Shown: positions 24,871 to 38,626 of the stretch, one piece after another | Layout of the letters: each line of letters starts with the position of its first letter | How positions within the stretch are numbered: the stretch's first letter is position 1 | Source of the DNA: Vicugna vicugna | Taxonomy: Eukaryota | Direction of reading: 5' to 3' | Assembly (NCBI GenBank): GCA_013265495.1 | Contig: MU058781.1 | Location: 2,272,158 to 2,336,157, forward strand | Length of the DNA: 64,000 bases | Notes under the pieces: generated by a model | The model's input: only the letters and a program-made list of their open reading frames with translations | Database searches by the model: none | Told to the model about the DNA's origin: nothing | Made by a program: the position numbers and the translations under genes

Positions 24871-27800
24871 GAGGTTGTTACATATCACTGACGGCACTTT
24901 ATGTTGCACACATGTTATTTTATTTGCTCCTAATAACATCACTGAGAATTAAGAACTGTAAACACACCTATTTTAAGGAACCAATACCCAGAGTAGGTCT
25001 ATTAGCTTTTCTAAAACCACAAAGCAAGACAATAGCAGAAATGGGGCCAGAATTGACATTTCCTGGTTGTTAAGTCAATTATTTTCATGGAATCAAAAAT
25101 TAGCTCTTAGAAAACAGCTGAGATCAATCATTTTTACAACTGAGACACAGAGATAAGAAATTTTGCTTCCCCTCATCCCAATCTAATTTTGAGGGATCCA
25201 GTTCCAATACCTTTCTTCATAATAATTTATCCCTTCAAACTTTTTAGCCCAAGAAAAACCTTAACAGATGTGAAAGGACATTTGTGAAGATAGAATATGA
25301 TTCACCAGATGGTCCATTTCCTGGTGACCTGTACCTGGAGATGTCTTGGACTGTCTGAACCATGCTGTAAAAGTCACCACCTCAAAAAAAACCCCACTAA
25401 GATCAAGTGTCATTATCATTGGATATGCAACTTAATATTCCAGTTGTCAAATATCATTCAACAAATATTAAGCACTTTTTTTGGCTAGGCTTACAATTTC
25501 TGTGATCATTATGATATTTTAATGCCACTAACTCTGACATTATTAGGTTAGCAAAGTATTTTAAAATATGTCAGAAAAAAGTATGCATATTAATTAAAAT
25601 GTTCCCACATATAAGCCTTAAACTAAACTCCCTGGGTTGATTGGTGACAAAAGACTTTTATTAAATACTATTTGATAAGTTTAGTATCTCTGCCAATCAT
25701 CGCTACAAAAGAATATTTATTGTCAAGTATGAATTGGGTAAGAAGGGAAATATCACTGTATTGTTGTCTGTTAGTCATAAGTTCTAAGACAATAGCAAAA
25801 ACAGCACTTCCAAGCAATGGCTTTGCCCTCTTACCCTTGATCAGCAGGCTTGTTTCTAACATCAGCTTTTTATTCTGTTTTTGAGCATTCATAATTAGAT
25901 AGCTGGTTCTTTGAGTGAATCGGTGGAGTGTGCGCCAACATGTCTGTAGATCTTTGTGTTAGTGGAGGTAATCTTTAATGGCATCTGGGCCCTTTTAGAT
26001 GTCACTCTGTTGTTAAAAGACTGCAAGTATATACTAAGCGATTAGTGTAGAATCACTGAGCACAGGAGCAAGATCTTCACTTTTTACTCACATTCTCACA
26101 GACTCTGGCAGTCACCCCAGTCTCCCACAGCTTAGTGTTGTGAGCTCCATAGAGAAAGAGCTCTTTCTTGTTCTCATGTTCTCGCTCTTCTTCAGCTTTG
26201 CTCTAAGTATAAACTTTAAGAGAAAATAGATGATCTAGTGAATACATGAAGGTGATGGGAACAGGACGAAGCTGGTAAGTAAGACTGGTAGGAGGTTGGA
26301 AGAGTTGGTGAGATTTAGGAAGCAGTTGGCAAAGCAAGTACCAGTATATAAATGAATGTGCCCAGTGGATTAGGAGATGGGAATGAAGGGCAGGGCTGAG
26401 GATTCAAAACTTAAGATATAAAGCGTCTGAGAGCTAGGAATCCATGTGATGGTGGGTAATATGTGGGCTAGTGGAATGACCATCAAGTAGACTAGATAAT
26501 GTCCTGTAGAAATCATCTGCTGGCTGGTAATCCAAGGACCTGGAGGTGAGAGTGAGATAAGGACTTGGACAAACTCAAATTCCCAGTTAGGCACAAGTGA
26601 TTGCTTTATAGGCAGAAAAGATAAAGAGAACAGGGAAAGAGTTGTGGGGGCTGGTTGAGAGCCTGTCAGCAGCTCCCTGTTCCAGGTCAGGACTCTGCAG
26701 CTGTCGGTGTCTGTCTGTGGGGTCATGAAGCAACTAGAAGTGTGAAAGTGGCTTTTCTGTGATGGCTCTCTAATCGGGAAGGGGATGTCCACTCGAATCT
26801 GACAGAGAAGGCTATCTCGCCCACCTCTAGGTTGCTCTTGGGCATTTTCACTTCTGTCTGAGATCATGGGACTTTAGCTCTTCCTTATCCACTTAGATTT
26901 TATTTATTTCTTTTGGTATTTCGAGAGTTTTAGGATCTCTGTTGTGAGTTTCTGCATTCTGGTTATCCTCCAGCGCAAAGTTATTCTTTCCCTTGGTAAT
27001 GTTACACATGGTTGCCATGCAAGTGGGGATTAATTACATCAGAGGGGAGACCTGCTAGCAAACCCTCAAGGGCACTGAATGATTTCAGTTATTCAAATTC
27101 CCAGTAACTTCTTAGGAGACATGTAAAATTTTTTGATTGATTATTAAAAACCTTTGACTTCGATTTTGAAATAGGGATATATTTTCTGCTGTTTTCTTCT
27201 ATTTAAAAAAGAATCCATTGGTAGAGCATCACTGGATAATGAAACTGTAAAAGCAAGCTACTCTTCAGCACACATTGGAAGTTCTCTGAATTGGGATTAA
27301 AAAAAAAAAGATACAATTTCACCATTTTGGTTCCTGTTCTCAGGAGATGAAGAAAGCAGGTGCTATGATTGCTTGGTTCTAAGTTATATAAAACCGTAAG
27401 TGGACTGGTAATCCTTTGGCAGTTCATTATCAGAATCTCCTCTGTTTACCTTAAGACTTCCTGAGGGGCAGGATGGCTTTATTGTCCTTACTCAGCTAAC
27501 TCTGCTTCCTAATCCCAGTTTAGCTTCTGATTTCACTGCTGAGTTTTAACTTCTCAGTGTTTCCCAAGTAAATGCCTTAGAGAGTCTAACCTGCCTTAGA
27601 TTAGGAAGTGAATGGAATGAATAAAGTGTTTCAAAACAAGAGGACAACTCATAAATAACACTGTAGTGATTAACCCTGAAAAAAAAATCCAAGTAAATAT
27701 CAGGGTTTGGTGAATGATTCTATTTTCGTACTTTCTCAGGAACTTTAGAACAATGCCCTGAAAAGGGATCTTTGGTGTGCTACACCATTGATGCATCCAG

Positions 27801-27959
27801 TCATTGGCTTAACTAGGGCAGCTCTTCCCTCCCTCACGTGACAGGTTATTTGCTAACACCATTTTCTGGTCATTGTTGGCGGTCATATTTTCTCTTTCTA
27901 ATGTGGACTTGGTCTAGAGTAGAAAATTGCCAGAGAAGATTTTAGAACTTACAACAGAG

Positions 27960-28192
27960 TTGAGAAAGGAGGAAGAGGCTACAAATCAAGGAATGTAGAC
28001 AGACTGTAGGTGGAAAAGGTAACGAAACATTCTCCTGTAGATCTTCCAGAGGGAGTAATGCTCTGCTGATACATTGATTTTTATCCCATAAGGCCTATTT
28101 TGAACTTCCGACCTCTAGACCTATAAGATAATAAATTTGTGTTGTTTTAAGCCAATAAGTTTGTGTTACAACAGCATCAGGAAACTAATACT
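27960..28192 (+). mobile_element. MLT1C/D-like MaLR LTR, 3' half
   Basis: gaacttccgacctctagacctataagataataaatttgtgttgttttaagcc...acagcatcaggaaactaatac. Confidence 0.8.
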
Positions 28193-28199
28193 ATTCCCA

Positions 28200-28895
28200 A
28201 GGCTCTACCTTCCCCCACCACTTCATCAAAGTGTTTTTGTACTAGAGAGTTTAATATTGCCGAATTCAATGGAAATTTTTAACTCAAGTCATCTTACAAT
28301 GTTGTTCTTACTTGACCTCTCAGCAGCTTTTGACATGAAATACGTCCCCTTTCTTGAAACATTTTTATACTTGACTTGCAGGAGACTAAACTGCACTGGA
28401 TTTCCTCCTAATTCATTGGCACCCCCTTCTTAATCCCTTTTGTTGAATCCTGCTGCTTTTCCTCCCCAGCCCTGAAAGTTGGAATGTTCTAAGGCTTAGT
28501 CCTGGGATATCTTCTTTAACCATCCTTACTCCCTAGGTGTTCTTATTTAACTTTAAAAACAGTATTTACAGTGAAGGTAACCAAATTTATGTCAACAACC
28601 CAAAAATTTCCCCTAAGCTTATATGTCCAACTGCCTATTCTGCATGGAAACTTTGTGTCTAATAGGCATCTCAAACATGTCCAAATGAAACAGTTTTCCC
28701 CTCCACAATCCTTGGACCTCCCCTAACATCTCTATACCCCTCCCTGTGTCTTAGGCTAATGATCTTATCTCTCTCTCTCTCTTTTTTTCTTTTTTGCCAC
28801 AATTTAGTGAATCCTGATGGCTCTATATTCAAGATCTGAATTGAACACAAGCACATCAAGTCCACTGCCATGCCCTTAGTCCAAGCCTCCAAAGG
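28200..28895 (+). mobile_element. L2 LINE fragment
   Basis: ttacttgacctctcagcagcttttgaca...ggcatctcaaacatgtccaaa. Confidence 0.75.
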
Positions 28896-29327
28896 ATCTC
28901 ACTTACCAGTCTCTGCATGACATGGGCCAGAGTGCTGCTGTGTCAGCAGAACATACTCTGGCTAATGTCTTACATCACATAGAAATAGAAGTAGATGGGA
29001 GGCAGAGTCCCCCACAGGAACCCTGACTAGGTCCTTCTTTCTTTTCAGACATGGACTTTCGGAGAGAATGGGGTTGTTTTTGTTTTTTAGCTGTCATAAA
29101 TGTTCTTCCAGTGATGCTACAGAACACAGCCTCTACTTTTAGCAAGTTAAAAGGCTGGGTGGGAATACGTCTGTGTATAGGTGTAACTATAAATTTCTTG
29201 AGATTAGAAACCATACCTCATATTTCTCTTGTCACCCCCATGAATAATTCTTGATTTTTGTCTCTTATTTGAACTCAACACTAGAACTCATCTGGAGGCC
29301 CACTTTTCAAGTGTATGCTCAGGTACG

Positions 29328-29490
29328 TCATGAGGTTTTAACCTGAGGCCATAAATGGAATTTTGAGGGTCCATAACCCTTCTAAAATTGTACGCAAGTT
29401 TTATGGGCACTTGCATTTTCTGTAGGAAATGGTTCATAGATTTCTTCAGATTCACAAGGAGGTCTATTTCCTAAAAGCTGAAAACCACTG
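29328..29490. mobile_element. hAT-Charlie MITE (MER103-like)
   Basis: ggttttaacctgaggcc...ttcttcagattcacaaggaggtct...aaaaccactg. Confidence 0.5.
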
Positions 29491-32400
29491 TGCTATTGAG
29501 AGATATGTAGATTGTGGGTCTCCTCTGCCCAGAAGTGCTGGGATGAGGAACCAGGAAAGCATGGGTGAGAGATTTGTAATGTTTGAGGGCAAAGGGCAGC
29601 CATCTGGTGCTGATGTGCACACAGGTGACCTCCTTTAGTCATCAGCACTCACCTACCTTCTACCTAGTAGCCTGACAATTTCCCAGCAAGCTTACAGGTA
29701 TGAGAGAAAAATCTGAGATTGGGCCTGAATTTAGTGGTGGACAACATCTTGCATGCTATGCATGAAGAAGAAATTGGAAGGTTTAGAGTTTCACTCCCTT
29801 GATACTCTGACTCCCCAGCATGCTCTTATAGAGGGCTCAAAGGCCTTCCAGACTGTTCAGTCGTGACCCACATGTCAGTCACAGTCAGACCAGGACACGA
29901 GGGACATACAGCCCTCCTTCTATGTCGTTCATTGGGCAGTAATCACATACTGCTGCATGACCACCTATGCCAATGTCTTGTTAGTATTAACCAATGTTTT
30001 GATTATTTCAACTTTGTACATGTATACTAGGTTCAACCAGATTTAAGGGTGCCAGAAGTCAAAACCCTTGTCAAATATTGATCCTGGTGTTACCCACATA
30101 GTAGGTACTTAATAATTATTTTTTCAAGTGAATAAATGACAACACATTAAATAACTAAGTAGCTGTATTTAGTATTTGCACCAATTTAAAGATTCAAGGT
30201 AAGACTTGTCTCTTAAGAGCAGATGGTTTTAAAATTTCTATGAATATAAACAACGCCTTTTCAGTTCTAAAACTCTGTGATCATGGATTGAGTGTCTTAC
30301 ATGATAATAACTATCTGTGCAGTCCTTTATAGTTTATAAGGTGCTTGTATACATATGCTCAATAATCATGTACTATTTTCAAATGTAGAGGGGGTTCTCA
30401 TGTCTATTGCACCCCTCCTTTGGGGCATTCTGAACAATTCAGGTTGATTTCTGGAGAAATAAGATTTCCAGCTCCCTTCAGGTTAGGATCTGATATTTTC
30501 CTCAGTTACTGAGTCCTTTTCCTGCTATTTAAATCTGTCTGCTCTGGTTCTATCTTTAGTAGTCATTTAGATAATACCTGAGGAGTTAATGTTTTCCTGG
30601 CAAAACATGGAGGAATACTTTCTGTTCTTTTTCTTTGTTCATGAAGACTGGAGAACTGCTTAGCAATGAAACAGTCAGATTAATCTACTTTGAATTAGTC
30701 AGTCTGTCTATGGTCGATGCAAATACTTCACTGATGTTACTATTTGGTTTGAATACAAAGCAAGGATAGAAAAATGTCCATTAGAGATGATAGTGATCTT
30801 TGAATGGTGTAAACTGCAGTGGCAAGTCTTTAATGGGTTAGAAGGGTTGGGCAAGGAGGAGTTGAAAGACTTGATGACTCATGAAGGTTTTAGAACTACA
30901 CTGTGTCAAAGGGGAGAGAGGTGTTTCTTAATTTGACATACTACTCATAAAACCCAGGGCAGCATTACAAATGGGAATAGGGAGAGTAGTCCAAAGCTAA
31001 GACTAGAATAGGAAAACATAAGGACTGTTGTGACATGAAAGAACCTTTCAGGAAAGCATGACACTGGCTTTATACAGCAAGAATTCTTATATTGTGAAAG
31101 AGAAAAAGGAACATTACAGGAAATGTTTCCTTTTAAGAGCAGGTCCCCTTGGCGACATCTAGTACCAAGTGTCCTGTCTGACCGCCCATCATCACTTTGG
31201 CTGCCACTTTGGTTTGCGAGTATTTACTCATTTGAGTTGTCATGGAAAGACACAGTTAAAATGTAGAAAGTGTTAGTAAATTAACCCAATAACAACCATT
31301 TCCATATACTTTTATACTAGTATTTAAGATGTTAACAGAGAGCATTCCTTGAGGTAATAGACCAGGAGTATTTAATAGCGAGAAAAGAAAATGTCCAGAT
31401 TAAGGGACACAATTTGGGAGAGAGGGATGTGATGCAGTCATGAGGACACTGGATTTGCAGCAGACACCAAAAGCAAACGTGGAAGTTTGGGGAATAACCG
31501 TACTGGGAATACCCAATGATGGTTTTGCTGATGCCAACATTTTCCCCAGAAATGGTTCTGTTGGGAATTTCTCCAATGAAATTAACAGAATCATGGAAGA
31601 ATCTGGGTCTGACCCAAGGCAGGTTTTGCTTCCTCTTCTTATCTCTTTTTCACCATTGTCCCACCTCCTTTGACCCTGGCCCCTTGTCTCTAAGAGATTC
31701 AGGTTATTTGATTGACCAAAAGACAAGAATAGGGTCAAAAGAAACCCCTAGGTTGTAAAGGCACACAAGTATTTTATGTTCTCTGTTGTATAGTTTCTGC
31801 CTTGCTTATTAGCTCATGGCTGTGATGTACATTATCTAGCTGTCTGCTTCCAAAATTACCAAAAATTCATATCACTGTTCAGCAAGGTCACAAGTGCTAG
31901 GCATTACCATTATAACTATTTGGAAGAAAACTACTTCCACATGGAAAATGGAACCCCAAAGAGATAGGAAGTTTGTAATAGCTGTAGGAAAACTACTAGA
32001 TGAACTCACAAAGCCTTGAAAAGGTGTTTCTTGTATGTGTTTGGCTCCAAATAAAAGACACTTTCAGTACTCTGCCTTTTTATTTTAGCAACATCTAGCT
32101 TGATCAGTTGTCCCAAATTACTTCATTTTCTGAAGTATAGTTTTGGCTTATTAGCATACAGATGGGGAGTCTGGATTTTTTTTTAAGTGAGAATTCTCAC
32201 TTTGCTGTGTTAATCAAGTAAAATGACATCCTTTTGATTGCCTGGTTAATTATGAAACCAGATCGAACAACAAATTCTGTACTTTGTATAAGGCAAGGAA
32301 GAGCTTTGAATGTAAATCCTAACTGTCCCACTTATGAGCTCAGTGGCTCCAGGCAAACCACTTAACCTTTCTGAGCTTTTATCTTTTTAATTTGGAAAAA

Positions 32401-33260
32401 TCAGGGTTGTAGTTGTTGTCTAAGTTAGGTTGTGTGAATTAAATTGGCTCATATTTGAGGAACATGCTTAATACAGTGTAAAGTGCCATAAAAAGGTCAG
32501 AAAATTCCCTATGTATGGGTCTCAGATTAATGTTAATTGGAAATTGGGAAACTGATGAGGTGATCTGACAAAAAGGTAGTAGGAGGGTTCTCTGAGAAAG
32601 GGACGTATTTAATATATAATTTTTGTTCTGAACTCTAGATCAGAACTTATATACCTTAGTTAATAATCAGTACCTCACTGAACACATATTTAAAATGAAA
32701 GTATGTTTTTCTGGGGGGAGGTTATGTGGTGGAGCAAAATTAGTGGACTGAGCTGCTTTTCCATATTGGTAATTGTGTGTTTTAAGACAATGAAAAAGTT
32801 GGGAGTAGAAGAAAGTCTGTAAACCTGAGGAGCCTTGATTTGCTGCTCCCTTGTGATTTCCCCCTGGTTTTTAAATGTCATTTGCTTCACAGACTCTCAG
32901 GCCTACTTCTGAAGTCCTGACTAATGTGGAAATACATTGGTAAATATTGAGAAGCTGAGCAAGTACTTTGAATGTAGTGCCAGTAACTCAGACGCCCTCC
33001 TTTATCCAAGACCTAGACAACCTTGCTCCAACTCTGCTTGTTCAAGCCACTGTTAGTGGTATTCAGGTATAGCGATCCAAATATCTCAGAACAGGTTCTG
33101 TTTACTCTTTGGCCCCTCAAAAGTAAATGCATGAATAAAGGAACCAAATGGGAACGTATTCATAGGAATATGTAAACCATTTGTGATAAATAGTCCTGAT
33201 CAAACATTAGCTAAGAGGCTACTTCTCAGCTATGAGATACGCTTTGGACATTTAGGTGGG

Positions 33261-33372
33261 TTTTTTTTTATCTAATTGACATATAGAGTATGAGTTTCAG
33301 GTGTACAATGTAATGATTTGGTATTTGTATATATTGTGAAATGATTACCACAAAAAGTCTAGTTAATATCCA
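33261..33372 (-). mobile_element. Short L1 3'-terminal insertion (L1MA9-like)
   Basis: Poly-T followed by taattgacata...gtttcaggtgtacaatgtaatgatt...gtgaaatgattaccaca...ctagttaatatcca; degenerate TSD ggtgg(g/a)tt. Confidence 0.75.
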
Positions 33373-33762
33373 GGGTGGATTATTTTTAAAGCTTGCTTGA
33401 TTCCATTCCCAGATCAAAATTTCATGCTGTTTGGTGAAGTTGCCTCTCTTTCAGGACTGCAGCCTCCAAGAAGTTGCCTGCCCTTATGGTTTCATGTCTT
33501 TTGAATGACTTCATAAGCAACCAGCCAGATAGTCTTGCCTGGACATCTGGTCTGTTCTCAGTGATTCCAATTACAGCACCACTTTTTCTTCATTTTGTAT
33601 TCTCAGTGTGCTCTTTAAATAAATAGTGACAGGACGGAGACAGGGTAGTGAATGGGATGTGAGGGGTTAAGGAGAAGTTTGGAAACATAAATAAGGCACT
33701 TTGGAGTTCTCAGTATAGAGGCTATTACCTTTCTACAGTAACTAAATTTTTCTCTCACTCAC

Positions 33763-33864
33763 CAGTGCATGATTCAACCATACTGGAAAGAGATCATCCA
33801 TGGCCTTAGGGTACACGAGTTCTCGATCATAGAGAAAGAGGCTCCAGAATGACAGAAATACAAA
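33763..33864 (-). CDS. ADTRP: ADTRP coding exon 3 (aa 97-130)
   Basis: Not in the ORF track; translated by hand. Acceptor ctattttccag|TTT; FVFLSFWSLFLYDRELVYPKAMDDLFPVWLNHAL; donor CTG|gtgagt; 102 nt. Confidence 0.96.
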
Positions 33865-35407
33865 CTGGAAAATAGAACACAAAAATAGCATCATTAGGTT
33901 TATTTTCAATCAGTGGTTTTTAAGATAATCAAGGAAACATAGCAAAATAAAAAGATAACAGCCTTAAGAACATCTTATATATACATTATAGAAATGTAAA
34001 ATGAAGGAAAAAAACTATTGTAAAAGCACAATATCCAGTCTCTCTGGGGATTCCAAAGAGGGATCACTTATTTGTCATCGGGGCAGGCAGAGAAAATATA
34101 GATACACAGGATTCGTAGACCATTAGGTCATTTCATTTTAACCAATGACTTCTCTCTTCCCTAAGCTTTCCCCAGGAGTGCTGTGAGCAGCCAAATGGAG
34201 TGGCTTGAGTCTTACACTTTCCATACCCACTCTCTAAATAGGCATGGCAAGGGGAAGCAGGAAGGGTAGGGGAGAGAAGTGAAAGGTGTCCAGGATAATT
34301 CACAGCCTACTTAACTGTGAGTTGTATCTCTATTGCTCAGAATTTTGGATTGATTCCCATCCTCTTGTACCCCTTGGCTGTCTTTTCAAAATGTCTGTCT
34401 TCTGTGCTACAAAGTCAAAGTCAAGACAGAAATAACTATTAATCTTTTGATCTTCTTATCTTCTTAAATTCCAAAGGCACAATTTCTAAGCTTTAAAAAA
34501 ATGAATAAACTCCATTGTTAGAAAAACTTGGCCTTTAGAAGATTTATGGGCACGGAGGAGGAGGCATCCTGAAAAGTAAGACTGGAATGCCAGTCTTTAC
34601 TCTGTTATCTGAGTACTCATTAGCGTTTGGAGAGTTTCATCTTGGATTTAAGTTTGATGTCTCAGTACTGTAGGAAACAGAACAATGGCAGGTATAAAGA
34701 GGTAGTCATTTCTCATTATAAGCCCCGCTGGGCAGCTGGCGTGCCTGATCTGTTTGTTGCCATTCTAACTAATGAATGAAAACATGAACTGAACAATGTC
34801 ATAGAAATGTGGACAGTATCAGCAACAAGCCTACTGTCCCTTGCATATGTCTTGCTTCTTTCCAATGTCCATTCATTCAACGAAATGAATCAGGAACCTA
34901 CTGTGAGTCCCACACCAGATATTTCAGGTAGACTATCTTCCTCTCCTTAGCTGTTTTTTCCATGTGCCAACTTTAAAGATTCTCATACATTTTTTTCTAT
35001 GATTTCCACTTGTAGAAGTAACAAATGTTTATTGCAGCAAGTGAAACAAGCTGTATATAAGGGGAAATTAGTCATCTCCCTCCTCGGCACCCTCCATTCC
35101 CATCACCCTGATGGAACCAAGGTTATCGCAGTTGTATTTTGATTAAGAAGGGTCTTCAGTCTTCCCTGTTAGACATCAATGAAGATCTTATATCAAATAT
35201 TCACAAAAATACAAAAGATAATGATAAATCTTGTCGGTAATGTGCCTGATTTCCAGAAGACACTGGGCAATGTGAAACAGTCCTCAGACAGTCCAGTTTT
35301 GCAAATGCAATTGCCCTGATTACAGTAATGGGCTCCCAAACAGCCCAGAAGAAGGGTCCATCCATATGCTCTGTGTAGTATATTACTTGCACATCTCTAT
35401 CACTTAC

Positions 35408-35542
35408 TGTGGACATTGGAAAAGCCAGTGTGGTGAAAAGCAGGTCTCTGAAGGCAGTTACGAGCTTAATGTCTTTTTTTCCTGTAGTTATTTTCAGCAC
35501 ATCTTCCAGGCAGGCGACCCCATAGAAAATGGCCTGCAAGAG
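35408..35542 (-). CDS. ADTRP: ADTRP coding exon 2 (aa 52-96)
   Basis: Acceptor gaatttag|CTC; LLQAIFYGVACLEDVLK...FRDLLFTTLAFPMST; donor ACA|gtaagt; 135 nt, phase 0-0. Confidence 0.95.
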
Positions 35543-36353
35543 CTAAATTCATTACAACAAATGAGGGCATTTTCATTTGTTTTAATTAATACATTCTTCA
35601 CTGATGTAAAGCGCTATCCCTTGGGAGCAATATTGATTTCAGAAGGAGGGGGCTGCTGGCTGTTTTGGTTGGGAGCCAATTCAAAGGCTGGTCTTGCAGC
35701 TCACTGGTCCCTGACCTTGCTTGCTAAAACTGATTGAGTAAAGTTGTTTAGGGGATAATAATGTGTACAGTATTTAGTGTAATGTACTAGAGCTAAAATG
35801 GAAACAAAATAGCTTAAAAAGAGAATGTAATGAGATAGATACCTTGGCAGCCCAGAGGTGGGAAAAACCAAATAAACAGCCCAAGAGCAAAGATCCAGAC
35901 ACAATGGTGGATATATTCTGGCCTCTTCCTAGGAAGAAAAATTTTTTTAATGCTTAGTGTTGCAATCTCATTAGAGAAGCCAGAATCAGGATCAAGAGCA
36001 CCATGAAGGAGCTCTGTGCTCTCCTGAAGGAGATGCACAAAATGGCATCTTGTCATTCTGTGCCAAGAGTCATAACAATACAGAGTTAAGGTTGATTTTG
36101 AGTTATTGCATCAGAATCTGTCCTGTTTCTTGAAAGCTCTGGATTGGTACAAAAGTAACAGCCTGGACTCTGCTCTGAGAGTATGAGTCAGGCAAGTTCT
36201 GGAACCTGGGGGGCTGGACTAATGACTAGTGAAGTTGGCTGTTGGGGAACCAGCTCTGAGCTCTGAACCCTAGCAAAGCTCTAGCAGAGCCAGCCTCCTG
36301 CGTCTCCTAGGGCTGAAAGGACGGGTAGGAGAGAACTCAGAGATGGATTAGGC

Positions 36354-36531
36354 CAGCAGTACTCCCAGCTGGGTCCTCAGACCAGCAGCACCAGCAGCAC
36401 CCCAAAGCGTGTTCAAAGTGCCCCGCCCCAGACTATGGAATCAGAATCTCCAGGAATTGGGCCCAGGAACTTATTTTGTAACAAAGTCTCCAGGTGAGCC
36501 TGATATATGCTAAAATTCTAGAACCACCGGA
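36354..36531. mobile_element. MER5A MITE
   Basis: cagaccagcagcaccagcagcacc...gccccgccccagactatggaatcagaatct...aacaaagtctccaggtga...agaaccaccg. Confidence 0.8.
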
Positions 36532-36559
36532 TTAGACATAAATTTATTACTTAAAAATC

Positions 36560-36775
36560 TTAATGACTACTCAATTCTATTTGTTATGTGCCAGGCATTA
36601 ACAAGATCTAAGCTTTTAATTTCTTATAATAATTTTATGAGATAAATCCTATTATTGCCTCTCCATTTCCCATTTTACAGGTGAGTAAACTAGGGCACAG
36701 AGAGATGAACAGACTTGCCTTCAGTCTCATGTTTGATAAATGTCAAAGCCAGGATTTGAAACCCAGAGGCTGCTT
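36560..36775 (-). mobile_element. MIR SINE
   Basis: cccattttacaggtgagtaaactagggcacagagag...aaagccaggatttgaaacccag. Confidence 0.75.
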
Positions 36776-36859
36776 CTTGAGCCAGACTTCAAAACAGAAC
36801 AAAACAAAACAAAGTTTCTAAGAATAAAGATAAAGCACAGGTCAGAAGAGAGACCATTA

Positions 36860-37023
36860 TCTCCAAGTGGGAGAATTTAATATTATTTTAAAAAATACTG
36901 ATGCCTGATTCTCAGACTCCTTGATTCTAATTTAATGGGTCTGGAGGTGTAGCCTAGACATCAGGAGTTTTAAAAATTCTCTCAGGTGATTCTAATCAGG
37001 GCAGCCAAGGTTGAGAACCACTT
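36860..37023. mobile_element. MER5-family MITE
   Basis: aaaatactgatgcctg...gattctaatttaatgggtctgg...caggtgattctaat...gcagccaaggttgagaaccac. Confidence 0.75.
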
Positions 37024-38269
37024 GTCTAGAGGAACTTCCATTTGGAAATGCAGACCTAGGAGGTGGGGCGTGCGGATCCAGGGAGTGAACCCCGTGGTGG
37101 GATGAGATTAATGAAGAGAGGACAGAGAGGAGAGAAATGAGAAGCAAATGCTGGGAAAATACCCTCATCTAGGGGATAGAGGGGCTAAGCAGGCAGCAAT
37201 AAGCAATATAGCAAAGAATGATCAGATGGTGGAAAACTAGAAGTGTTCAAGAACCCCATGGCCCCTGAGGGAGGAGGAGGCTTTAATCCAGAAAGAGGTA
37301 TCCCAGGGAGGAGGCAACAGCTTTCAACGCATAAAGAGGCTGCCACCCCAATACTTGTCATTTACTTTTGCCACTCAGCCCCTAAGGGCTGTAGAATTTG
37401 GAGTGCAGTCTCTGTGCATGGATGGTAGAAGAAGTTGCCTCCTCCCTTCTCCCCCAGAAGCTCTCACCTCACCCCTGAGGCCACCACAGGCAGTAGCTGT
37501 AGTTAGGAAGGACAGGCAAGAGGCCTGGGCCTAGGATGAGGAGGCCTGCACTGTCCTATCAACACAGCAATTAATCACGCACTGAGCACTGAGGATCTGC
37601 CGGGTTTTCCGTCCTTGAGAAGAGGCTGCCTCCACCCAGCATGTGAAGTCCATGTGACCACTTTCCTTCATGAGAGCTTCCTAGCATCAACATGAGTCAA
37701 GCTTGTCCTGACTTTCTCTTGCCTTTCCCAGTCGCAGAATGTGGAAATTGGACTGGAGTGAAGAACACATTACTCAGAGCCTCCGTGGCTTCTCTTTCAC
37801 CGATAAAAATTTGCTCCACACCACAGACTTGCCAATCACATCTCCCCCTCCACCCTCAGCTCACACACTATTTCACAGGCATATGCCACATTGGAAAGAT
37901 GCCAGCTGTGTGAATGAAGCAGCCTTGTCTCCATTGATCTTAATCCACACTGATATACCATCATCTGTATCAACAAGGAATATTTATGGAGCCCCCACCC
38001 CCATTGGAGCTCAGGAAGGAGGGGCTAGGGTGTTGCCAAGAAAATAAATAGGCAAGAACTGGGGCCCATGGAAACCACAGCAGATCTGGGGAGCAAGGAG
38101 AGGGAGCCAGCGTTGACTCACTCAATGGGGAGGCTTCCTGGAGGGTCTTAACTACAGATTTGGATCAGCTCATCAAACTGGACAGTGGTCAGCTCATTCT
38201 CTAAGGACAATACACTGGAGTGTTTATAAGACATGCACAGAAAGAACAGCCAAGGGGGAAGATGGCAGC

Positions 38270-38626
38270 TGTTATGGACTGAATTATATCCCCCCCAAAG
38301 TTCATGTGTTGAAGTTACAACCCTCAGTACTTCAGGAAGTGGTCGTATCTGGGGATAGGATCTTTAAGAGGTGATTAAGTTAAAATGAGGACAGTAGGGT
38401 GGGCCCTAATCCTATAGGACTGGTGTCCTTATAAGAGGAGATTGGAACACAGACCCACACAGACACAAGGAGAAGGTAGTGTCTACAAGCCAAGGAGAGA
38501 GGCTCGTAGAAACCAGTCCTGCTAGCATCTTGATCTTGGACTTCTGGCCTCTAGAACTGTGAGGAAATTAATTCTGTTGTTTAAGCCGCCCAGTCTGTGG
38601 CATGGCAGCCCCAGCAAACTGACACA
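38270..38626 (+). mobile_element. MLT1B-like MaLR solo LTR
   Basis: TG...CA termini (tgttatggactgaatt ... gcaaactgacaca); 5-bp TSD gcagc/gcaac. Confidence 0.88.

Noticed and set aside
26370..26867. 165-aa ORF, the longest in the window
   Set aside because: No recognisable protein similarity or supporting splice structure; it appears to overlap degraded repeat-like sequence in intron 3.
31400..31758. Three overlapping ORFs, one with protein-like composition
   Set aside because: No recognisable family, no poly-A or TSD of a retrocopy, and no convincing exon boundaries.
35366..35737. 123-aa plus-strand ORF
   Set aside because: It is an antisense shadow over ADTRP exon 2.
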